Shown here: positions 35,678 to 42,198 of the stretch, piece after piece
Layout of the letters: each line of letters opens with the position of its first letter
How positions within the stretch are numbered: position 1 is the stretch's first letter
Origin: Candidatus Kaiserbacteria bacterium
Lineage (GTDB): Bacteria > Patescibacteriota > Minisyncoccia > Phycocordibacterales > UBA2100
Direction of reading: 5' to 3'
Assembly: GCA_016217975.1 (NCBI GenBank)
Contig: JACRFH010000010.1
Span: forward strand, 1 to 57,405
DNA: 57,405 nt
Notes under the pieces: generated by a model
Seen by the model: only the letters and a program-made list of their open reading frames with translations
Told to the model about the DNA's origin: nothing
The model's database searches: none
Translations under genes and position numbers: made by a program

Positions 35678-36070
35678 ATGAACTTGCTACCTTCTTTTCT
35701 CAGATATGCACTATTAATTTTGCTTTCCGGTCTTGTTGTATTTGTATTTCAATCGCAACTAATGAATCTTTACAAATATGCTTTTCCTAATGAGACAGGG
35801 GGAGGTTTTGACATCAATTTTACTGGAATTGTAGTTTTGTTTTATAGCATTGAATTTCTTTTGCCGCTTCTCATTGTTGCGTTGGGTGATCGGTCACGAT
35901 ACTGGGTCGCAGGCGTTTTGGCGGGCTCGTTGGGTATATTTGAATTATTTGCTGACCAATTCAACTTTAAAATTCCTCTTCTTCTCATAGCTTCTGGCTT
36001 GGTCTTTGGCTTTCTTATTCGCCTAATTGCAACAAACACGCTTGGTAAAATGCCCTCGCTGAGCCTATGA
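35678..36070 (+). CDS. small integral membrane protein
   Basis: 130 aa with about four hydrophobic helices. No family recognised. Confidence 0.5.
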   Translation: MNLLPSFLRYALLILLSGLVVFVFQSQLMNLYKYAFPNETGGGFDINFTGIVVLFYSIEFLLPLLIVALGDRSRYWVAGVLAGSLGIFELFADQFNFKIPLLLIASGLVFGFLIRLIATNTLGKMPSLSL

Positions 36071-36114
36071 AGAAGTACTTCTAGAGGTATCCCCACGACT
36101 GAATATAGCGTCGC

Positions 36115-36142
36115 TTGCGCTGTAACACGGATGTGATACAAT
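36115..36142 (+). promoter_or_regulatory. sigma70-like promoter (TTGCGC - 16 nt - TACAAT) for the dinJ-like operon
   Basis: The -10 at 36137-36142 lies 7 nt before the ATG at 36150, and there is no Shine-Dalgarno sequence. Confidence 0.45.
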
Positions 36143-36149
36143 GGCGGAT

Positions 36150-36440
36150 ATGGCTAAAACAGCATACGTAAATACACGCGTTGAGAAAAAGCTTAAAGCC
36201 GATGCAGAGAAGGTGCTAGAGCAGATCGGCGTGAGCACGTCGGACCTCATGACAATGACACTCAAGCAGGTCGTTATCCAGCAGGGGCTGCCCTTTGATG
36301 TATGCACTCGATCGCACGTTCCGAACAAAGAAACCCGTAAAACAATACGTGCGTTAGAAGCTGGGGAAGGCGAGGTGTTCACGGGTCCAACTAAGGAATT
36401 GTTTGATATGCTTGAGGGACGAAAGTCTCGCAAAGCATGA
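36150..36440 (+). CDS. RelB/DinJ-family antitoxin
   Basis: MAKTAYVNTRVEKKLKADAEKVLEQIGVSTSDLMTMTLKQVVIQQGLPFD is collinear with DinJ (ribbon-helix-helix). The ATG at 36141 is an alternative start. Confidence 0.75.
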   Translation: MAKTAYVNTRVEKKLKADAEKVLEQIGVSTSDLMTMTLKQVVIQQGLPFDVCTRSHVPNKETRKTIRALEAGEGEVFTGPTKELFDMLEGRKSRKA

Positions 36441-36705
36441 AGCAGGTACGATACTTGGGATCATTTCGGAAAGATTACAAGCGCATCAAACGTCGCAATT
36501 ATAATATTGAGAAGTTAGAGGCGGTCGTTGATCTACTTCGACGTGGCGAGCCGCTTTCGGTTGCCAATCGTCCGCATCTTTTGCAGGGCGACGGAAAGGA
36601 TATTGGGAGTGTCATATCGGACCAGACTGGCTTTTGATCTACAAAGTTACTGAAAGCGAACTTATTATTGCCCATACTGGAACGCATCCTGACTTGTTTG
36701 AATAG
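36437..36705 (+). pseudogene. YafQ-family toxin with a 1-nt frameshift
   Basis: The frame from 36437 gives MKQVRYLGSFRKDYKRIKRR...RPHLLQGD and then runs into a stop at 36635-36637. The adjacent frame from about 36595 reads KGYWECHIGPDWLLIYKVTESELIIAHTGTHPDLFE*, the conserved YafQ C-terminal half. Confidence 0.7.
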
Positions 36706-36717
36706 CGAAAGTGTGGC

Positions 36718-36813
36718 CTAGATCTTCTCGATGGAGAGTCCAGGGATGCGCTTGAAGTCGCGTACATTGCGAGTTGCAAGCGTCGTATCGAGTACCGGCG
36801 CGGTCGCTGCAAT
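36718..36813 (-). pseudogene. remnant of a VapC toxin (last 31 codons)
   Basis: The minus strand reads IAATAPVLDTTLATRNVRDFKRIPGLSIEKI*. It begins right after the stop of the upstream small ORF. The N-terminal ~100 aa of a PIN domain are absent. Confidence 0.5.
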
Positions 36814-36820
36814 CGCGGAA

Positions 36821-37006
36821 TCAGCCTCTCATCTTTGCAAGTTCTTTGATCGGATCTGGCTTTCGATTCTTCCACATTCCGCGGACTCGCTCCCATGCAG
36901 CCAAACGCTCTTTGGGATTAATGGCTGCGGGCGGCATAACCCAAACACCGCCCACTCGCTTGAGCGTGATTTGTTTATGCTGCATAGACGCTATTATCTT
37001 GCTCAT
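36821..37006 (-). CDS. small putative antitoxin upstream of the VapC remnant
   Basis: MSKIIASMQHKQITLKRVGGVWVMPPAAINPKERLAAWERVRGMWKNRKPDPIKELAKMRG. The position and size fit a VapB-type partner, but I do not recognise the family. Confidence 0.35.
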   Translation of the reverse strand: MSKIIASMQHKQITLKRVGGVWVMPPAAINPKERLAAWERVRGMWKNRKPDPIKELAKMRG

Positions 37007-37134
37007 GCACGCAATATACCATATTGGTGCGCTTATTGCGCAAACCTGTGTTGTGTGTCGTATCCACTTTTCCACATTGCACCTTTCATGAAGGGGCGTA
37101 CGATGCTGGAATTATTGAGGTCAACTTAAATAGT

Positions 37135-38490
37135 ATGCATACTCATTTTGTGCGCAATTATCCGATTTCGATCGCGATTGTGGTTGCGGCGAGTGTATTC
37201 TCAATCGCAGCAGTTTCGTTTGCGGCGATAGTGTCGGGCAATTCGACAACGGGCTCATCGAGCAATGTCACGATCACGCAGCTTACCCTCGCAAAGCCCG
37301 CGAGCGCGGCCGAAGGCAATATTCTCATCGCAACTATCTCGACCAATGACGGCGCTGCGAGCAATGTGACGCCTCCGGCGGGCTGGACCCAGATATTGCG
37401 CACGAATAATTCGAACAACGTCGCGCTTCTCTCATATTGGAAAGTCGTGGGCGCATCGGAGCCTTCTTCATATCAATGGCAAATCACCCCTTCGACCAAT
37501 GCTGTCGGTGGCATTACGCCGTATAGCGGAGTAGATACAAGCAATCCGATTGATGTGTCGGACGGAAGTACTGGCCACAGCAAAATTGCAATTGCGCCTT
37601 CTATTACGACGACGGAGGCGGGCGATGAAGTAGTGGCGCTTTTCGCGCAGTCTGCGCGAGGGAGCTTCAGCACACCGACGGGCATGACGGAAAAGTATGA
37701 TATCAATCGCTCGTCCGGCCCGTCTCTTGCATCAGACGAGGCGCTTCAAGCTGCCGCTGGGCCAACAGGCTCCAAGTCTTCCAACCTCTCTCCCGCCGCC
37801 TCCCGCCAATGGGCCACCCAGACAATTGCCCTTCGCCAAGTCTCTGCACCCCCGCCTCCGCCATCAACCCCCATCGCCTTTGATGCCGGAGTCTCTAATG
37901 GCGGTATTAATCCTAGCGTTGCGATAACGCGCGGTACAAGCGCTTCGAATTATGTTGGAATTGCCACTGCTGTTTGTGTGAGCGCCGGCACAGTAAGCGG
38001 CGTGACATGGGGCGGTTCGGCCATGACGCAACTTATGGATGAGGCAGAATCTTCCGGAGCCGGTCACGCGTACTGGTTCTATATAATCAATCCGTCAACA
38101 GGGTCGCAAACTGTTGCGGCAGCAAGTTCAGCTATCTGTCAGCTCTCTGCACTCACATATTCCGGAGTTAACCAAAGCACACCATTCGACACTAACTTTG
38201 ACGGAGCTTCGCATAGTTATGTAAAGAATCTTAATGCTTCTGTATCTCCTGGTACTGAAGTAACGACAACTGGAACCACTCATGTCGATAATTCTTATGC
38301 CGTCTTGGCGGACAATTATCAAGTAGATATAACTGGAGGGGCTAATGCAACTGAACGAGTGCCTAAGGCTGTGTACGATCGGGGCTCGGTAACGCACCCT
38401 GCCGGTTCAGTATCAATAGGCATTCTGAACAATTCCGGTTCGAATGAACTAATAGATACGTTTATGATCGCGCTCCAACCGGCAAATTAA
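37135..38490 (+). CDS. membrane-anchored/secreted protein with two related beta-rich domains joined by a Pro-rich linker
   Basis: Internal ATG at 37135 gives an N-terminal hydrophobic helix (YPISIAIVVAASVFSIAAVSFAAIV). A PPPPPS linker follows. Both halves end in Y-SGV-(D/N)-x-S-x-P-(I/F)-D. Confidence 0.55.
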   Translation: MHTHFVRNYPISIAIVVAASVFSIAAVSFAAIVSGNSTTGSSSNVTITQLTLAKPASAAEGNILIATISTNDGAASNVTPPAGWTQILRTNNSNNVALLSYWKVVGASEPSSYQWQITPSTNAVGGITPYSGVDTSNPIDVSDGSTGHSKIAIAPSITTTEAGDEVVALFAQSARGSFSTPTGMTEKYDINRSSGPSLASDEALQAAAGPTGSKSSNLSPAASRQWATQTIALRQVSAPPPPPSTPIAFDAGVSNGGINPSVAITRGTSASNYVGIATAVCVSAGTVSGVTWGGSAMTQLMDEAESSGAGHAYWFYIINPSTGSQTVAAASSAICQLSALTYSGVNQSTPFDTNFDGASHSYVKNLNASVSPGTEVTTTGTTHVDNSYAVLADNYQVDITGGANATERVPKAVYDRGSVTHPAGSVSIGILNNSGSNELIDTFMIALQPAN

Positions 38491-38567
38491 GCCCTTTCGT
38501 CGGCCGTCCTTATCTACTTATTACGAGTTGAATGGAGTTTCCTTGGAAGTAGGTCTCGCTTCACACA

Positions 38568-39374
38568 CTAGACTCGCTTTGCGACATAGTTGGCCCATCT
38601 TGGCGGTCGCTCATTCTCGGGTACCAAGACTTTCTCTAGTCCCAAAGCCTTCATCTTAAATATCGTGAATCCGAATTGTTTTAGGTAAACATGGTAGTCA
38701 TAGAAATAAAGGTGAGAGAATATATGGAAAATTCCAACCTCAAACGTGATTGTACCTATCTTCCCACGTCTTAACATCTCTTCAGCGCCCTTTATCACAA
38801 ATAGATCATGTCCTTCTGTGTCGATCTTGAGCAGATCAATATGATCGATGTTGTTCTTCGCACAGTACTCATCAATGGTAGTTAAGACAACTTCCTCGGA
38901 TCTATCATAATTCGAGATTTTAGACCCGCTGTCATCGTGGAGGCCGCTAATAACATTATCGTCAGAGCAGATATGAATAGTGGCCGCACCACTTTTGTCT
39001 GAGAGTCCAACGTTCACCGGAATAACACGTCTATCATCTTTGACATTATTGTATAGATCGCGATAGGTAGAACTTACTGGCTCAAAAGCGTGAATAATCG
39101 CATCGCTGCCCGCTTCTCGCATTTGTTTTGTATATACACCGTCATTTGCGCCCACATCGAAGATAATCTTTGGTTGTTCTTTCGAGATGTATTCCTTTAG
39201 GAAACGCCATTCGCCACTTCGTTCTCGGCCACCAATATCGTCTCCTCGATAGAAGTTCACATACCGCTCTGAAAACACGTATGCCCAATGGTAATACTTA
39301 GGATTGTCGTAATTGAAGAATATCTTATTTATGAAATACCAAACCAGTTTTCTCATAGCGAAAAGTATCGGCAT
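38568..39374 (-). CDS. FkbM-family methyltransferase
   Basis: IIFDVGANDGVYT, HAFEP and IDLLKIDTEGHDLFVIKGA follow the FkbM pattern. Confidence 0.75.
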   Translation of the reverse strand: MPILFAMRKLVWYFINKIFFNYDNPKYYHWAYVFSERYVNFYRGDDIGGRERSGEWRFLKEYISKEQPKIIFDVGANDGVYTKQMREAGSDAIIHAFEPVSSTYRDLYNNVKDDRRVIPVNVGLSDKSGAATIHICSDDNVISGLHDDSGSKISNYDRSEEVVLTTIDEYCAKNNIDHIDLLKIDTEGHDLFVIKGAEEMLRRGKIGTITFEVGIFHIFSHLYFYDYHVYLKQFGFTIFKMKALGLEKVLVPENERPPRWANYVAKRV

Positions 39375-39411
39375 TATATCAGCGAGATAATAATACGCGA
39401 AGTACCCATCA

Positions 39412-39552
39412 TTACAAAGCGTGATCTTTGTTGTGGATCGCGTACCACATGACCCAGGCTATGCCGCAGGCGGAGGCGTACGAGAGAACTTGCGAGACGA
39501 TTGCGCCCCAGAGGCCGAAAGGTTGGATGAGAAGGATGCCGGTTCGCTTCAT
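39412..39552 (-). pseudogene. duplicated 3' fragment of the flippase gene
   Basis: The minus strand reads MKRTGILLIQPFGLWGAIVSQVLSYASACGIAWVMWYAIHNKDHAL*. The C-terminus of 40267-41550 reads LLIQSFGLWGAIVSQVLSYASACAIAWVMWYAIRNKDHAPT*. Confidence 0.65.
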
Positions 39553-39682
39553 GGTGTTTTCCCCAATTTCTGATAGAGTACTATCCCGGCGTCATAAAAC
39601 AAGCGTAAGATTGTACAGAGGAACTACGTCGTAAAGTTGTATGAAAATCAAACGCAACACAAATTCCAAACAGAGCGGCACA

Positions 39683-39985
39683 ATGGAATTCCTAGTATAT
39701 CGGGAAGACTCTAAGTATGTCGGCGTGTGCCTCACTTTTGATATTGTCGAAGAGGGCAAAGATCCGGTTGAGTTGATGAAAAGCATAAAGGAGGCTGCTG
39801 AACTTCATTTGGAGACTGTAATAAAAAACAATCTTCCTGATGATCTCTTGAATCGTTATGCCCCCGATGAGTACTGGCAAAAATATTTTGAGGCTGCGAG
39901 ACAGATTGAACATCGTCCGACATCAAGAAGCGGCTTTCTCACTATATCTCCGTATTCCAGTGCGATGATGCCGCAGTTCGCTTAA
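39683..39985 (+). CDS. hicB: HicB-like antitoxin
   Basis: MEFLVYREDSKYVGVCLTFDIVEEGKDPVELMKSIKEAAELHLE matches the HicB N-terminal (UPF0150) fold pattern. It lies directly upstream of hicA. Confidence 0.6.
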   Translation: MEFLVYREDSKYVGVCLTFDIVEEGKDPVELMKSIKEAAELHLETVIKNNLPDDLLNRYAPDEYWQKYFEAARQIEHRPTSRSGFLTISPYSSAMMPQFA

Positions 39986-39990
39986 CGGCT

Positions 39991-40245
39991 TTGAATCACA
40001 ATGTGGCACGTGGTCTTTCAAATTGGTCATATAGAGATGTACTAGACTTCCTGAAAGAGCACGGGTTTGTTTTTCTTGAGAATAGAAAAGGATCGCACGA
40101 AGCCTGGGTCTGTAGGAAGACCAGTGCCATAGTCGATATTAATTTCCACGGGAATAATGTTACGTACCCGGAACGGACGCTTGAAACTATGATTCGACAA
40201 TCGAAAATTGAGAAAAAAGAATGGCGAAAATGGGCGGGAAGTTGA
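39991..40245 (+). CDS. hicA: HicA-family mRNA interferase toxin
   Basis: RDVLDFLKEHGFVFLENRKGSHEAWV...NVTYPERTLETMIRQSKI matches the HicA/YcfA pattern (GSH motif). The start is TTG 39991 or GTG 40003. Confidence 0.7.
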   Translation: MNHNVARGLSNWSYRDVLDFLKEHGFVFLENRKGSHEAWVCRKTSAIVDINFHGNNVTYPERTLETMIRQSKIEKKEWRKWAGS

Positions 40246-40266
40246 ACGTAGAACGCCAATTCTGGG

Positions 40267-41550
40267 TTATGTCGGAGCGTGGTCTTTGTTGCGGATCGCA
40301 TACCACATGACCCATGCAATTGCGCAGGCGGAGGCGTACGAGAGAACTTGCGAGACGATTGCGCCCCAGAGGCCGAAACTTTGGATCAAGAGAAATGCGC
40401 CTACGGCCATGATGATCGAGGGGATGTTCCAGAGGTAGAGTAAGCGGCGAGGGATGAGCGTCGCGCGTGAATCAATGACGGAGCCGATGAGGGTGTTGCC
40501 GACCATGAGCGCGATCGTGACCGAGAAGAGCATCGAGAGCGGCACCACCTCGATATATTGCGGGAAGAAAATCATATAAAAAGGATATGCGAGGACGCAG
40601 TAGCCAAGGGTGAGCGCGATGCCAAGGCCGAAAAGAATAAGAGATCGCTTGTAGAGCATGTGTTTGAGCGTGGCAGTGTCTTGCGCCGCGAATTTGGGCG
40701 TTGCGAGAATTGCAGGGGTGTTGAGAATGGTGCGTGCGTGTTGCACCGGCGCCATCGCAAACGCATAGAGTGCGAGCTCGGCGGCGCCGAGGTAGTGGTA
40801 GACGAGGATTGCATCGAGCGAGGAGATGAGGATGTTGGAGGCGTTGATGGCACTTGAGTGAAGCGCATAGGAAAGGGCGTGGGGCTCTTGTTTTTCATTG
40901 GGCGGATATTTCTTGAGGGTGACCTGAAGCGAGATGTAGCGCGAGAGCGTCCACGACGCGGCGTAGACGATGAAAATGATAATGGGGTTATTGGTAAAAA
41001 AGAGTGTAATGACAAGCGGGATCCCGGCTGCAATTTGCCCAGCAATACCAAGCAAGCTTGAGAGTTTGAAATCGCGCTTGCCCACGAGTACCGCATTGAA
41101 AATGCCATACGGCTCCATGAAGGGGATGAAGAACGCGGCAAATATCATCGCGATCGCGACGATATTGTTGCCACCGTAGAAATAGTATGCGGCGACTGCA
41201 AGTGCGCCGAGCGACCCCAAGAGCGACCAGTTTCTTTTTGATCGAAGGCCGGAGATGACTGTGCCGTCGTTGCCGCGGGCGGCGCCCTGGGTCACTGCGG
41301 TGTCCATCCCGCGCAAGCACGCCACACACAGGATCCCAAAGAGCGTGAGGACGTATTTATAGGTTCCGTACGCATCCTTGGTGAGGAGATTGGCAAATGC
41401 GAGCGCAAGGGCGAAAGAGACTGCGCCCGTGATGATAGAGGAGCCTGAAAGCCAGAATGTCCCGTGTGCGAGGTAGACCATGTCGGTCTTGGTGTATTTC
41501 TCGCTCCACCGCAATACGCGGATAAGACGCTCCTGCAGGCCTTCAAACAT
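40267..41550 (-). CDS. Wzx-like oligo/polysaccharide flippase (MOP superfamily)
   Basis: 427 aa with about 12 hydrophobic segments and a typical N-terminus (...WSEKYTKTDMVYLAHGTFWLSGSSIITGAVSFALALAFANLLTKDAYGTYKYV). Confidence 0.75.
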   Translation of the reverse strand: MFEGLQERLIRVLRWSEKYTKTDMVYLAHGTFWLSGSSIITGAVSFALALAFANLLTKDAYGTYKYVLTLFGILCVACLRGMDTAVTQGAARGNDGTVISGLRSKRNWSLLGSLGALAVAAYYFYGGNNIVAIAMIFAAFFIPFMEPYGIFNAVLVGKRDFKLSSLLGIAGQIAAGIPLVITLFFTNNPIIIFIVYAASWTLSRYISLQVTLKKYPPNEKQEPHALSYALHSSAINASNILISSLDAILVYHYLGAAELALYAFAMAPVQHARTILNTPAILATPKFAAQDTATLKHMLYKRSLILFGLGIALTLGYCVLAYPFYMIFFPQYIEVVPLSMLFSVTIALMVGNTLIGSVIDSRATLIPRRLLYLWNIPSIIMAVGAFLLIQSFGLWGAIVSQVLSYASACAIAWVMWYAIRNKDHAPT

Positions 41551-41650
41551 ACCGTTATCCTAGCGTTTCTTGACTCTTTTTGCCAGTGTTGTGTTATCGC
41601 AGCCAGATGCGGCCGCTCGCGAGAAAAGACGCATATGCTATAGTATTCGC

Positions 41651-41875
41651 ATGACGACGATAGCCAAATCCAACTCGGCTTCCCGAGACGAGACCGTTAT
41701 CGTCCCAGTGATTTCTCTCGAAGAGATGCCTCGTCTCACCAGTGCGCAGCGAAAGACGCTTATCGCGGACCTTAAGCGGTCAGAAGCAGCGATGAAGTCA
41801 GGAAAGTACGTCACGTACTCGCCCGAGTGGCTCAAACAGCGTTTTCGCGAGGTCTATAACGCGGCGCACAGATAG
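41651..41875 (+). CDS. putative antitoxin partner of the ParE/RelE-type toxin
   Basis: Internal ATG at 41651; 74 aa, 2 nt before the toxin gene. The call rests on position, not on a recognised family. Confidence 0.45.
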   Translation: MTTIAKSNSASRDETVIVPVISLEEMPRLTSAQRKTLIADLKRSEAAMKSGKYVTYSPEWLKQRFREVYNAAHR

Positions 41876-41877
41876 AT

Positions 41878-42198
41878 ATGTCGTTCAGGGTCGACTTCAG
41901 CGATGAAGCGATCGTTCAGATCGATGAATTCTTTGAGTATCTCGCTAGGTACAGCGAAGGTATAGCGGAGAAATATTACGCAGCGTTCCAGCAGGCGATC
42001 GATTACTATTTGGTTAATTATCCGGAGACGTTCACGTTTTATAAAGAAACGGGCTCTCCGTACCGCGCCTTTCTTTTCACTGTCTCGCAGAGGACCTCGT
42101 ATTGGATCATTTATCGCGTATACGAAGAAAAGCGGCTCGTGCGTGTTTTTCGGTTCTGGAACTCTGCGCGCAAGCCCCACTCACATCGCCTCATATGA
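41878..42198 (+). CDS. RelE/ParE-family toxin
   Basis: MSFRVDFSDEAIVQIDEFFEYL...YRAFLFTVSQRTSYWIIYRVYEEKRLVRVFRFWNSARKP follows the ParE pattern. Confidence 0.7.
   Translation: MSFRVDFSDEAIVQIDEFFEYLARYSEGIAEKYYAAFQQAIDYYLVNYPETFTFYKETGSPYRAFLFTVSQRTSYWIIYRVYEEKRLVRVFRFWNSARKPHSHRLI

Noticed and set aside
39428-39634. 68-aa plus-strand ORF
   Set aside because: It is the antisense reading of the duplicated flippase fragment. The minus-strand reading matches the flippase C-terminus almost residue for residue.
40572-41141. 189-aa alternative-frame ORF inside the flippase gene
   Set aside because: It is on the same strand in a different frame. Its Ser/Pro/Arg-rich sequence contrasts with the hydrophobic multi-TM protein encoded by the main frame.
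42102-42194. N-terminal extension of the GMC ORF (867-aa version)
   Set aside because: It overlaps the ParE-like gene in another frame. The ATG at 42195 sits about 14 codons before the FAD-binding GxGxxG, the usual spacing.
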